Assembly (NCBI GenBank): GCA_951406725.2
Contig: OX597815.1
Coordinates: 35,340,001-35,404,000 of the forward strand
DNA: 64,000 nt
Source: Octopus vulgaris
Lineage: Eukaryota
Direction of reading: 5' to 3'
Shown: positions 1 through 14,162 of the stretch, one piece after another
Position numbering within the stretch: position 1 is the stretch's first letter
Layout of the letters: each line of letters starts with the position of its first letter
The notes under the pieces: generated by a model
Told to the model about the DNA's origin: nothing
Databases searched by the model: none
Seen by the model: only the letters and a program-made list of their open reading frames with translations
Made by a program: the position numbers and the translations under genes

Positions 1-597
1 TTTTATTAATTAAAGCATTCTTTACAGATAATTTTTGGTTTTGATGCCTGACGATAATTGTTTTCACATTCTGAAATTCCTTCTTTTCTGCTTAAGGCTT
101 GTTGTAAAAGAACCGAAACTAGAACAACTACAATGAAATATAGTGGAAAACAAATGAATAAGGAATAAGGAAGAATGAATGAATGAATAGATGAAATAAA
201 AAGACGTTACAAACATACAAAAAATTCAGTTACGCAATGTTAATATTAAGTGATGTCTGTTAAAATGCTCTCGGATAACAGCAACTCAATGAAAGCGTGG
301 ATTGAAAAATAGCTAAAATTAGAAAAGAATAGTAAAGACAAATTGTGCCTGGAAAGCGTTAAAGTTTTGTTACAAAAGCATTTCGTAACAAATAAATTAA
401 ATTAGCGATCCATTCACTCCAATATTTTCTCGAAGATACCTGAAGAAAAATAGGATAGATAATTCAAGTCTTCTAAATCAAATATATAAGGCCATTACGG
501 ATATTTGAGGATCGCAGTAATCTTATGAGTCCCTCGTTTCTGCTAATCATCTCTTTTCAGAATATGTTGTCATTAATGCTTTGACAATATTCTCAAT

Positions 598-750
<153 letters not shown>

Positions 751-1983
751 AAATGAGATAGACATGTTCAGTTTGTGCTTAACCATGTCACTACTCCTCT
801 GAAGTTTCTGATCTATTAGAGGAGGGTTTTCACATTTGCTCTTAAAATCCTGGCCCAACTACCGACAAACTCACTGTCTTGTGTAATATTTTCGACACAA
901 TCAATACCAGAGAATGACTTTACATTGAGACAAGAATAGAATATGTGTGTAGCTGTTATATTATAAATTAATCTTGCAATAGTTACAGTAACAAGTCAAC
1001 AGTGAGATCTCCGAGGATAAGTTGGCTATAATAACAGATTGATAGAATAACTCATCGAAATGCAAGCTAGGTTATACAAGCATCTGTGTGAAGTCATAAT
1101 TAATCAAACTGGATCTATACAAATATATAAAATTAAGCAACAGAGATTTGGGCTTTAATCCAGAATATTGGATAGAGTTCGTTTCCGACTTCGACAGCTC
1201 GTAATTACTGCTCACATCCGACTACTGACGAGAAATGGCGAATAGCTGTCGTTGACCTTAAACACTCCATGAGAAAGATGGCTTTAAAAGCTTGCTGATT
1301 TAATGACTTCTACAATTGACTATTAATTAATTTCTTTGCAAAGTGGTAATTAGTTCCAATAAACTCAACGTGGATTCAAATTTTAGAATTTTATCGGAAT
1401 TCTAAAACTGTGAAGAACCTTTTATTAAAGTTGCATATCCAATTTCTTCGCATAACTTGGCTAAAATAGGAATTTTCATAATTTCACAATATAGCATTTC
1501 TGCATTATTTTTTTTCTCTGGAAATTTCTTCATTTCTATTCATGGAAATTTACAAAATTATTAACAGAGGCTTGGATACTTAAAATATTGAGATCTGTAT
1601 TAGGCAAAGCTTTCTCAGAAGAATAAATATACGACATATTTTCCTTCTATTAATAGTTTATTCCTAACAAATCACCGATGTTGTAATTAGTTTTGATTCG
1701 CGTTTATATTGGCTTAAATATCCCCTTTATGAAAGACATAATATTCGCAGATTCTCACTTACTTGTTTTGAATTATCTTACAAATAAGATCTCCGACGAA
1801 AAAGAAAAGTGAGATAGCTGTACTAATCTCCCCACCCCAACAAATCAGGATACAAACATAAGGTTTTGTTGTATATTAACAGTGTTTTAGCAGCGAAGAT
1901 GTTTTGGCAGCTACTAAAGGATGCCAGATTAAATGTATTGCATATAACTCTTTAGAGTGTGGATTAAAATCTTACTGGGAAGC

Positions 1984-2150
1984 AGGGCCGTCTTAGTAAC
2001 ATTAAAGGCCCCAGAATAAATGAATGCACTGGGCTCTATAGTATTTGTTTATAGACAGGAATCCGCAGAATACATAGATCAGAATTTTGCTCCTAAAACT
2101 ATGAGGTGCCTGGGCAACTTTCCAGTATGCCTATTCTTTAAGACGATCCT
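1984..2150. mobile_element. Degenerate MITE, PIF/Harbinger-like
   Basis: AGGGCCGTCTTA (1984-1995) and TAAGACGATCCT (2139-2150) form a 12-bp inverted repeat with 2 mismatches. GGGCC-type termini are typical of Harbinger MITEs. Confidence 0.45.
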
Positions 2151-3689
2151 AGCAGGGATGACTTTGCCTTTTATGTTTGTATAAAATAAACATGTGTAAA
2201 TCACTAGGGTTGATTCAAACGACTATATTTCTCGTCTAAAGATTTATTACTGTTTGAAAATATTAGAAATCAGAAGAAAATTATTAAAATGCAAAAATAA
2301 GAATATTAAAATTTATGATCTTAGTTTTACCTTTAAATTTACTAATCTGTATACAACATTTTATCCAATGAAGCTTCAAATAAATTCAGAAATGTGGTCA
2401 ATAGCATTGTCGTGGACTAATTATAAACAATACATATTCTGGGACAAGTAAATGTGAAGTTGTGATGTTCATATTTTTTCAAAGGCAGCGCTGGTGAAAG
2501 TAAAGTGAAACGAAAGCTTCAAATGAACGATGAAACTGTACCGCATTGTCGTTATCCTAAGAACTTATCTCTAGCTTTACATGGTTCTCCGACGCGAATG
2601 CTTAAAATACTGATTACTGACTCAGGAATAAGGCTAGAAAATTTTAGTAGGCGGAAATAAGATGGTTCATTCTTTCTACTTTTACTGCTAATGTGCTTAG
2701 AAAGATTAAGAGCGGTACAAGTAAAGAGAATTTGTTTCAACTTAAAATCGAAGCCAAATCGCGGATTCAGTTCACCGGAAGCTTATCATTGCCATACAGA
2801 GGTCGCCACCAAATGTTGCTCAACTATCGATCTCTTTTTTCCAGGCATAAAGCCAAATTTTGTTGAGGAGGAGATTTAATCTATTAAATTAGCCCCATTA
2901 TATTACTTTGCACAACAAGATGAAACTAAATACATTTTGAGGCAGTTAATCTGGCTTTCTTCCAGTTTCTGCCAACATGGTGAAGGTAGCCAAAATATTG
3001 ACATTTCATATTAGCACAAGGCCGCAAATTATAGACGAAGAATTCAGTCAACTAATATTACCGCAGGAGATACTTCTAATTCATTTTATTAACCTTCAGG
3101 AGAACTTAAAAGAAAGAGCTGATCATGACAAAATTTGAACACAGATGTACGAAATATGTGATGAAAGAGTTGGTACAATGTATCTGCTTCTCCATTGCAA
3201 TCGAGTCTGCTAAAATATTTATGAAAATAAAAACGTTAACAAAGAGTGTAAAATATTATCATTTAGCATTCAGATAGGAATAGCTGCCAACTATCACAGA
3301 GTGTGATGGCTGATCTGATGTGGGATACTTCTATGATACGAACAATGCTATAGAGATCGTTATCTGTAATTTATGAAATATTAGTATACATGGAAATATC
3401 AAAGATTCAAACTATAACATGCATGTGTACATACAAACGTACTGCCAAGCAAGCTGACAGAAACACAGAATCACATGCACACACGCACAAACACAAACAC
3501 ACACACACACACACACGTGCGTGTGCGCGCGCTTAGAAATGCTCGACCAAATACATAGGGTTAAATAAATGTGTAAGTAGAAAAATGAGTTGAAATGCTA
3601 ACTGATTACACACCAACAATTATACAAACAGACAAACGGATTGACTAAAAGTTATATTTCAGATAAACAAAGGAAGTCGTCAGTCAACA

Positions 3690-3783
3690 GCAGTCAGAGA
3701 TTCAGAGACACAAACAGGCAGACAGACGAACAGATAGACGGACAAACAGCCAGACAGACAGATGAACAAATGGATGGATGGAT

Positions 3784-3818
<35 letters not shown>

Positions 3819-3870
3819 AAAATAGACAGACAGACAGACGGATAGATAGATAGATAGATAGATAGATAGG

Positions 3871-3914
<44 letters not shown>

Positions 3915-3921
3915 CAGACAA

Positions 3922-4002
<81 letters not shown>

Positions 4003-4100
4003 CAAACAGACAAATAGACAGACAGACAAGCGGACGGACGGACGGATGGACGGACGGACAAACGGATGGACGGACGGACGGACGGATGGATGGATGAATG
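3690..4100. repeat. Compound (GACA)/(GATA)/(GGAC)/(GGAT) microsatellite
   Basis: Tetranucleotide runs seen directly. Confidence 0.97.
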
Positions 4101-5585
4101 GTAAATAAATGGATAGGTGCCTTTTTGCTTTTGTTATTTTGCCTATACCTCCTAAAGTAACACCAATTCACTTTTTTCCTTGCTTATAGAAAATCCTTAA
4201 CTGTAGGTTGTTATATTTTCCAGGTTAAAATTCCTGTAAATCAATACCATGATAATTATATAAATCTGTGAGTCATTCCTACTTATTATTTTGTAGCTAA
4301 TTATAACCAATTCTTCCACAAACTATTTTCTTATTCTTTTTGTTCAAAAGTAAAACTACTCTCAATTTCAGAAGTATTCTTCCATAAAGTCAGCATCTCT
4401 CCAAATGCCGCCATTTTAAATTGAGCATTCATTGAAAGTTGTTTCCGGTTGAATATATTCATTGGATTAAAATATTTAGATTGTTTTTTCATTTTTTTTT
4501 TGTCTCTTGCATTTCACTTTTATTATAGTATTGTTTTGTCTGGAACAGTTAATTTTTTCTTTTTTTGCAACTAGCAATAGTTTTCATCTTTAAATGTTTC
4601 TCATGGCAGATTAAATCGAGTGAAAGGAGTGAGAAATGAAGATATAACGATGTATAGGTGTGTACGTTTGAGGGTATTTGTATCTGCGCTTCTTGATATA
4701 TGCGTGTATGAGAAAGAAAGAACAGGGCTGTTCAGAAGATAACGAATAATAGAAATGATAATAAAACGATTGATGTGTCTAAATCTTTAATGATTTCATC
4801 TTAAACTAATCCTGAAAACTGACGACATGACAGAAGTAATCCGATTTGTTGTCAGCCAACAGAACGTGCAGATCTATCTACAATAGTGACTGGTATTAAA
4901 CTGGTGTAGTTATAACAAGTGTAGACGGAAATACAACGTTTATATTAGCCTTATCGCAAAAGTGCTCGTATATTTATTTGCAGTTCCTTGAAAATTCTCT
5001 TTGTTTAAAAGAATTATATAAACAGATGAGTCTGTTACAAAATAACTGCCATTACTTTTTCATACAATCAAAATACTTCATTGAAAAAAAAAGTGGGAGA
5101 AATCAATACTTTAAGGAAATGAACAAACGAAATAGGAAAACTGAAGGTTCAGCGTAGAATTTAGGATGAGGAAGTGATGTCCGGATCACAGAGATGTGAA
5201 TGTATGCAAACAACGATATAAAGCTAATATAAAATGAAAAATGATTTGGCGAAAGACTTGATTCCAGTATAATTTTAGCATTGTGAAAGATAGCTTCTTT
5301 GGATTTGTATATGCCATGCTTCTTGCATTCTATTAAATTAGACAGCCTTCTGTTTCTGCCACTTCACAATTCAGACTACAATATTATTTTTCAAAAAAAT
5401 GTTGCTGCGAACTGTTGAGGAGAACAATAATTTCATCTCAAATCTGTAACACAATTAGTTGAAACTACTTGCCTTACAAAACGACCAAGAGAAGGCATGA
5501 GGACCAAACTTGTGTGTGTAGTCGAATAAAATGTTTTCCAACAGTACTCAACGTTCTTCAAATGCTACATCTACCATTGTTAATG

Positions 5586-5753
<168 letters not shown>

Positions 5754-8219
5754 GTGACGGTTCTAGCTATGATCGTGACCAAAATACTTCAATCTCACCT
5801 AAGTTCACATTACCGAAAATAGATACAAGGTAGAAACAGCTCACTGTGCCTATCAGTGAGAGTCTATAAAAGCGATAAGTGTTTCTTTAACTTGAAATAT
5901 ACTGAGAGCAATTCTTTCTGTAGATATAGCTTGGATAGAGGAAATCTACCTCGTTGATCTAAGAGTTCACTACTCATAAATATTGTTTTGTTGATTGTTG
6001 TAGATATAGTTTTTGAAAGTAATTTATAGAGATATTAAAACAGTTGTACATGTTTGAAAGCTGAAATTAACTTGTGCATGAAAACAATAAGATGTCAGCA
6101 CAGAAAACTAAGATTTTTATCTGACATCAGAAAACATCGAGTAAAAGACACGATTAGAAATTGATGTCTCTACTGCTAAAAATAGTTATGTCAGTATGCT
6201 GGAAGTCTATGGTGTGGTGAGAAAATTTTCGCAAGCCACAGATGGAAAAAAAAAACTATTTCTTATTATAGTTGTTATTGGCCAAACAGAGGTGAAGGAT
6301 AATGTCCTTGACCGTTTCAGATTTTCTCAATCTGCTGAGATCGATGAAATTTATATTCAGCTTTAACCTGTGCAGGTAGACGTCTGCAGAAATAAAGATA
6401 GAGAAATATCATTTTGGCTAATTTATTGGTGCGTGTTGTGAGGCACTCTATTAAGAAAAAAGGCAGTTAAAAGTGCTTTATTAAGAGGCCGTGTTATCTG
6501 AAGTCATTCAAGCACCAAATGATGATGCTAAACAAGGCGATGTAATAAGATTGCTAACGGAAAATGAGCCGTGTGTCTTATAGCGGAACCGTCACTGAAG
6601 AGCTTCTCTTACAGGACACAAAACCTCATTCAACACGTTGTAGACGTTTATGATCCGTCTCACCATGGCTTCGAGATGGGTTACGTTCATTGTAATTGTA
6701 GAAACCACTTAAGGTATTATATGATTTCCCACTATAAGTTTTTAGTTGGGCTTATAGACTTATTTAATAATTCCAAATAGCAGATTAGTTTTCACCAAGT
6801 TATAAAGGCGAGACGAAGCGAAGTCAGAATCGTTAAGTGGATAGGTGGGGATTGGTTGGTGGGAAGAGATTAACTATTGTGATAGAACGTTTATTAAATA
6901 TAAATGAAAAGTAAAGTGCCAAACAATAACGGATTAAGATAGATAAACAAGACAAGTTTTGAAGATGTACTTATTTAGCAGTGATTTGAAAACCGAAACA
7001 ACTGTTCCAGGGAAGAGCCATTCTAGCCATTAATTAGCACATAAACAAAATTTCCTGATATCTCAAAATTTATGAGAATTGTTGATTATTAAATTCTATG
7101 TGTTTCAGATCATGTTAATGGTTAAGTGTTTCCTAAAATACATATAAAGTAGTTGCTGTCGATAAAGTCATAAAACATTTCAACTTTCCCTTAATATTTT
7201 ATACTTATTTGATAGTTTATGCTTATATAAGAGATCAACTTGGTGTCAACTTCATGCTCTTACACAATCTGAATTTAATAATCCACCTGGTCAAACCTGT
7301 TGGAACATCATTTCCTGTCGTCCGGTCATCTCATATTTAGATTGTTTTGATTTACCAACTTATCATTTCAACCAAATCCCCCTTCAATGAGTCACCTACA
7401 CCGGTCACAACTTCCTTATATTGTTTTCATTTAATAATTACTTTGATCATTATTTCAGGTTTGCTGTACGAAACAATCGATTTTTTTTTCTCGTCATAAC
7501 AACACCATCATTTTCATCATTACTATCATGTTATAATTATAATCACTTATAGAAACAACGGCTGCAATATTTTAATGTTACTTGACTAGTATAAACAAAC
7601 TCAAGTTTAGGAAGAGAATTTTCATGAAGCCAGATAGTTTTGAGAAGTGTCAATTTTACAAACGTAGCATATCACTATGTAGAGCACTCATTCATGACGT
7701 TAGAGTAGCGAATTCGTCAATGAATGTTGAGAATTTAGTTTAAGATTATGAAAACATCCATATTTTATTATGCGATTTAAAGCAATCGACGTGCGTTATT
7801 GAGCTTTTGTTACTATTCAGTAATTCAGACAAATATATTACTAGATGTGTTTCAGTATTTAATCCTGTGATCTGAATTACGGTCAAGTTGGAGTCGATGA
7901 AATAAAGATTTACCATGTACTTGACTTCGTTCATTCAACTCTGACCTGCCCTTCCCAGTGTTTGGCCTTGCACCCACATAAATTAACGTTTCTCTGCTAT
8001 TCTGTATTGTGCTATAGCACCCAACAGTGAAATGGGTGACCCATGCAATGCTTTTGCCTCTCATCACAGACTTTTGTCTCCCGAATGATTTTTCTCAACA
8101 GAAGTATTTCTCACTTAATTTTACTTAATATAGTTTTGGTTAGATACTAGGGTGACATTTCCGCATATACACGCATGATATATATCAATGCGTGTATATA
8201 TGAATGTGTCTGTGTGTGT

Positions 8220-8238
8220 ATATATCTATCTCTCCATA

Positions 8239-8323
<85 letters not shown>

Positions 8324-8367
8324 CTCTATCTATCTGTCTGTCTATCTATCTATCTATCTATCTCTCC

Positions 8368-8438
<71 letters not shown>

Positions 8439-8466
8439 CATCTCTCCATCTCTCCATCTCTCCATC

Positions 8467-8547
<81 letters not shown>

Positions 8548-8551
8548 CTCC

Positions 8552-8591
<40 letters not shown>

Positions 8592-8660
8592 CTCAATCTA
8601 TCTCTCTCTATATATACATACATATATATATATATATATATGGTGGTGGTGGTGGTGGTG
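8220..8660. repeat. (TATC)n microsatellite followed by (TA)n and (GGT)n
   Basis: Seen directly. Confidence 0.97.
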
Positions 8661-8974
8661 ACCCCCTTCGGTCAGACACTGACCTAGAGAGTTACCCTCT
8701 GAGGCAGAAGTCTGGGCAAGGTTGTTTATGGAAAACCAGCAGTCGCCCATGCATACCGGCCTCCCCTCTCCACGTCACCGATGTTGTCCAAGGGAAAGGC
8801 AAGGGCCGATACAGCTTGGGACCTGTGACGTCGCAACTCATTTCTACAGTTGAATGGACTGGAGCAACGTGAAATAAAGTGTCTTGCTCAAGAACACAAC
8901 ACGCTGCCCGGTCCGGGATTCGAGCTCACAACCTCACGATCGTAAGCTCGACGCTCTAACCACTGAGCCACGCT
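8661..8974 (-). mobile_element. tRNA-derived SINE (family B, tail type 1)
   Basis: Minus strand starts GCGTGGCTCAGTGGTTAGAGCG (A box), then GAGCTCGAATCCC (B box), then a CORE-like CTTGAGCAAGACACTT..CACGTTGCTCCAGT segment shared with 12135-12453 and 55933-56156. Confidence 0.85.
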
Positions 8975-8988
8975 CGTATATATATATA

Positions 8989-9371
8989 CGAGTAAAACGC
9001 CCCCCCACCGTCCAATGGATGGTGCTGAGTTGTCAAACATTTAAACCAAATTTTCTCAAAACAACTTGTCCGACCGTCCCATAGGCCTCCCCTTTGAGAA
9101 ACACTGATTTAACCTAAATTTGAGACACCGGCAAAAGAAGAAATAAAAATACGAATCGCAACAGTTGATGTACTTGCGCGTACAAATGCACGTTCCTACG
9201 GCTTTATCGATCGCATTCTCACATGGAATCGATTTTTGTTATTTTTTCAAGACTTATACACGTCCTGATACCGTTGGTATCTACATATCAAATTTGAGCG
9301 CAATCGGATGGAGGATGCCCGAAATCCTAGAAGACACACACAGACAGACAGAACAGATTTTATATAATAGA
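8989..9371 (-). mobile_element. Non-autonomous Helitron-like element
   Basis: Minus strand begins A|TC with a near-5' (CTGT)n microsatellite and ends CTCG|T (CTRR-like). A GC hairpin CACCGTCC-aat-GGATGGTG (9006-9024) lies ~14 nt from the 3' end. Confidence 0.65.
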
Positions 9372-9425
9372 TATATATATATAAATGTGTGTATGTGTGT
9401 GTGTGTGTACATACATATATGTATG

Positions 9426-9466
<41 letters not shown>

Positions 9467-9620
9467 CATATATATAAGGCATATTATATATATTTATGTA
9501 TATGTATATAATATGTATATATATAATATATATTATGTATATTTATATAGAATATATACATATAATATATATATATATACACACACACATATATATATGT
9601 ATCTATATATGCATATATGC

Positions 9621-9654
<34 letters not shown>

Positions 9655-9661
9655 GCATATA

Positions 9662-9709
<48 letters not shown>

Positions 9710-11049
9710 TACATACATACGTACGTACGTACATTACAATAATACCAGCATCAAGCAGTGATTAGGCATAAGCGGACTTTAAATTAGTTATAAATTATGT
9801 TTGTAACATATTTCAATTGCTAAAAGCAGTTACTGCAGTTAGTATGGAGAAAAAAAATTCTCTCTTATGGTAAAAAGGTGTAAAATCACCATATCTGTCC
9901 CAGACATTGATGTTTCTAACTTCTTAGCCGTTATCAATGGGAAAAGCGCACTCGTAAACACTCACTGACATGGGCTAACGTCCGCGCGCACACACATACA
10001 TCCACAAACATATATGTTCGTGAGTATTAAATTCGTATATAATGTTAGCTCAGCACCATTTCTTCTCCTACACTACCTTAACTGATGGTACGATATTAAT
10101 AAACGTCGCCATAGACGTCATAAAAATCGTAGTAAAATTAGTAAATTATGATTTTGTACCAGTGACTTGCTTTTAACAGCTAACTGAATTTAGTTGACAC
10201 CAAAAAATTTTACTTGCATTATACTAATGACTTAGAAATTAACTATGAAAACTATATTTAACCATAAAATATAAAGCTTTTTATACCTTGTATTAAAAAA
10301 AACCTGTTAAATATCTAGTTTTGGCAAATTAACTAAACATTACCAACATACAAAATATTCTTTTGTTACTGAACTTCTAGTGGATGAATGAATTTCTCGT
10401 ATACAGCGTAAATTGAATATATAGAAGCGGTATTCCAACTTACTACATAACGCTCAGCAGTAGCTGCTAAGAATAAAAATGTGTGCGTAAATAAAGCCTG
10501 TCTAGACACCGTCATTATTAGAGAGAAAATTGACTTTTTTGCCGACATTATTATTCTGCGTCTTTAGACAAGAACATTTGCTTATAAATGGTATGAAATC
10601 GCCATCCTGCTATATTATTGACTCTGCCATCATTACTGACTCGCAATAATGGACGCAATAATCATCGTAAGAATTCTGAATAATAATTTCTTTAGAAACG
10701 AGCCACAGTTTCTCGGACTTAAAAGTAAAAAGAGGAAATGAAATTGCATGACCTGAACGACGTAGTGTTTAATTTATATTTTCTGCACAGACAAATATAT
10801 ACTGCTACACATCCATCGCATTCATGCAATGAGACTACGATGCAAGAACATATAATTCTGAATACTGCATGTACACCAAAAAAAAAGAGCCTTTGTTTGT
10901 GATACGGTACCCATCATTTCATAGAGAAACACTTTAATAAATATAAATATTCACAGTACTAAATTTTTGGTGAATTATTATTAACTCTTTGCATCCTTTG
11001 TGTTACTTCGGATTCAGGGGCATATTTCCCTGGCATCTATGTATCATAT

Positions 11050-11419
11050 ATTGCATTACTATTTTCATTGAAACTTCTTCACTGTTCTCGCTCTGTTAAC
11101 GTTTTGGCGTTCAGACGAGTGTACTGGTATTGATGTGGCAACATTTGAAATATTGTTGAGGTTTATGCAGCTGATGAGGATAAATCAATTATACGATTGG
11201 CATTCGTATTTTGAAAAATCCGAAACCGGTACTGCATTATCCGTTATCTAGGTTTTTCATTTTTCAGATGTTCTTCCTAGAGGCAAGACAATTGTTTTCA
11301 TGTTTGTTGCACACACGCATCTTTACTAGTACATACGCAGTGAAGCTATACATTAGCGTCGTATTTATTACGTTCGCTATTTCCAGTAAATATCGGTACT
11401 TCGTTGTACCATTTATTTA

Positions 11420-11420
<1 letters not shown>
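11050..11420 (+). mobile_element. Penelope-like terminal-repeat fragment with hammerhead (family H1)
   Basis: Homologous to 45075-45430; contains a hammerhead at 11165-11237; abuts (TA)n. Confidence 0.6.
11165..11237 (+). ncRNA. Type I hammerhead ribozyme, palindromic stem III
   Basis: ATGCAG-CTGATGA-GGAT...ATCC-GAAA-CCGG-TA-CTGCAT: 6-bp stem I, intact core, 4-bp stem II base, ACCGGT stem III, GUA cleavage triplet. Confidence 0.85.
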
Positions 11421-11489
<69 letters not shown>

Positions 11490-11491
<2 letters not shown>

Positions 11492-11698
11492 TAATCCAAA
11501 CATGAAAACACAAAGAGAAAACACAACAACGGGAGGGCGTGGAACAAGTATAGTGTTATTGGACGCTCAGGAAAGGAAAGAAAGAAGGAGGATTTAACGT
11601 TTCGAGCGGAGCTCTTCGTCAGAAACATAGGAAAAGGAAAGACCCAAAGAAGGGAAGACGGAGGAAAAAAGTCGCCAACGGTACACACGCGGTTACAT
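11490..11698 (-). mobile_element. Short Penelope-like fragment between (TA)n runs (family H2)
   Basis: ~210-bp island flanked by TA repeats, carrying a minimal hammerhead on the minus strand. Confidence 0.55.
11592..11626 (-). ncRNA. Minimal type I hammerhead ribozyme
   Basis: Minus strand: GTTT-CTGACGA-A-GAGC-tcc-GCTC-GAAA-CG-TT-AAAT; AACGTT palindromic stem III. Confidence 0.8.
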
Positions 11699-12134
11699 TA
11701 TATATATATATATACCCAGTTTTTTTTTTCAACCATCATAGTAACTTGGGACTTATGAAAGGAAAGCTTATATTACTCAGAATATATAAAACAAGAGCTA
11801 AGTCAAAGCCTGAAAACAAGTATGGACGTTTAGGACAAACTTATAAAAATGCTTTGGACAGGTAAAGGGTTAATACTTATGGAAATATTAATTGAACTGC
11901 GAACCTCATCTATTCTATCATGTTCTACTTAATCATTACTTTCCCAACAATTCGATCTCCGATAGTCTTTAGGTATCATGTTTGTATACATGATGATAAC
12001 GAACCGACAAATTCCTTCATCAGCATTTATAGGTTAAAGTAGCGAGAATGAAATCATAAGACATAAATGGTTTTCATATAAATCAATCCTGATGATACAG
12101 CGACGTAGGCAATTGAAAAACAAAAACAAAAAAA

Positions 12135-12453
12135 TGGCACTCCGTCGCTTACGATGACGAGGGTTCCAGTTGATCCAATAAATGGAACAGTCCGCTCGTA
12201 AAATTTACGCGCATGTGGCTGAACACTTCACAGACACGTGTACCCTTAACTAAGCTCTCAGGGAGAGTCAGCATGACATAGAATGTGACAAGACCAGCTC
12301 TTTGAATTACAGTTACAACTCATTTTTGTCAGCTGAGTGAACTGGAGCGACGTGAAATCAAGTGTTTTGCTCAAGGGCAAAACGCACCGCATGGAATTGA
12401 ACTCACAGACTCATGGTCGTCAGCCGATTACCCTAACCACTAAGCCACGTGCT
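12135..12453 (-). mobile_element. tRNA-derived SINE (family B, tail type 2)
   Basis: Minus strand: CGTGGCTTAGTGGTTAGGG A box, GAGTTCAATTCC B box, same core as 8661-8974, different 3' half. A fragment of the same type is at ~17380-17483. Confidence 0.85.
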
Positions 12454-12469
12454 TTCACTCGAATTAATA

Positions 12470-13143
12470 CCAATGTATTGCTGGAGCTTATCCTAACGAC
12501 CCTAAATGCTCGCCCACTTACTCAAGATGCGAGCAGGACAGTGAAACTGTTCTGCACGCGATTGTGCAGTGTCCGAAAATCTCAGAAATGTAGATTGTCG
12601 CCGAACAGCTGCTGTCATGTCTAGGAAGAGTACAACTGTCTTCCAAAGCGATTATAAAGATTGTTCCACCTTCTTCCTTGAACAGAGAAGGAAAGGTTTT
12701 GTTTTCTCACTATGGTCGCTATAGCGAAAGAAGCGGTGTTGAAGACCTGAATAAGAGGAGTAGCGACAGGCAACTTCATCTCCTACCTTGATTTAGTGAA
12801 ATTCTTTGGTTTCCATCTGAAAAGGAAAATAAGTTTGGAGAGGAGATGCCTGTCGCCCGATACATACAGCAAGAGATGAAAGAATGTAGCACTAAAAATG
12901 ATCCTTCATGAGCGTATTTCATAAAAAGTAGCTAAAGGTTTTCAGTGGTGGTACGGGGCTTTTGGGGTCGAAGTCGAACCCGACCCCCACTCCATTGTAT
13001 CGCTTTTGTGTTGTGTAATCATTCGAATGATTGAATTTTAACTGTCATCTTTTTGTTGTATCATCAGTCGTTCAGACCCACCCACCCAGCCTCATTTGTA
13101 CTGTCCCTTCTATGTTGGCCTCTGGAAGGCAATAAACGAAAAA
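12470..13143 (+). mobile_element. Tx1/L1-clade LINE 3' fragment (ORF2 C-terminal zinc finger plus 3' UTR), decayed
   Basis: Frame from 12519 reads YSRCEQDSETVLHAIVQCPKISEM*IVAEQLL (degenerate CX2C..ET..H..C zf-RVT motif). Ends TGTCCCTTCTATGT...GCAATAAACGAAAA. Confidence 0.75.
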
Positions 13144-13348
13144 GTTGGCATCGTTTGGTATTGAACGTAGGGCAACAACGGCCCTAAGAAATCCCTGTAT
13201 AGAATTCTGTTTTCGTCTACCGACTCAGCGAGCCATATATTTCGAGAAAACGGATAGCGTCCATTAAATTCAACTACAGCACACGACTTGTGAATATTTT
13301 ATTGAATCTAAAAGATAAAAAATAATTGCGAGCGCTTAAAAGTGTTTA

Positions 13349-13427
<79 letters not shown>

Positions 13428-14088
13428 CCTGGTAGGGTATAAAGTTAGGGTATTTACGATGAAGGACTCAACCCGAGATGAAGGACTCGGCTCGATCTTT
13501 GCATAAACTGGCGTTGTAAGAAGAGTTGGTACAGAAACAATTGTAACTGATCGTTAAAAATGTAAGATATTTCTTATTATTTGGATTATACACATACACA
13601 CACACACATGCACACATGCACACACTCACACACGCGCACACACATGCATGCACACACACTAACGCATGCAAACACACACACATATGGGTTACGTGTGATG
13701 TATACACATATTTGGGAGTACGTGCATGTGTGCTTGCAATAAGATGGTTGAGAGAACTTTCTAAATATATATGAATTAAATGTGTAGACGTGTTTATGTA
13801 TATAATTATATATGAGTGCATGGTGCCTGTATGTGCACATGCGTATGAGTATGTGTATGAAAAGCTTTTATTTAAATAAATATATGAATATGCATTCCAC
13901 GTTTTCCTAATTATTTGCAATTGTATAACCATTACCCAACAATTATTATACAAATCTCACATTCCTATTCTTAATATATTTAAACATTTATGAGGTATTT
14001 CTAATTTCCATATAATTTTCAATCAATTTTTAAACAATTGTTAAATTACATTTACATATTATATATACATACATACATACACATACAT

Positions 14089-14162
<74 letters not shown>

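Noticed and set aside
1192-1251. Hammerhead-like CGACAGCT...CTGACGA...GAATAGCTGTCG hairpin, or a gypsy integrase remnant
   Set aside because: No stem II, extra bases at both core junctions, and the protein similarity is too faint.
13425-13590. GAAACAATTGTA palindromic stem III-like motif in a TA-bounded island
   Set aside because: No recognisable CUGANGA or stem I partner; possibly a decayed member but unsupported.
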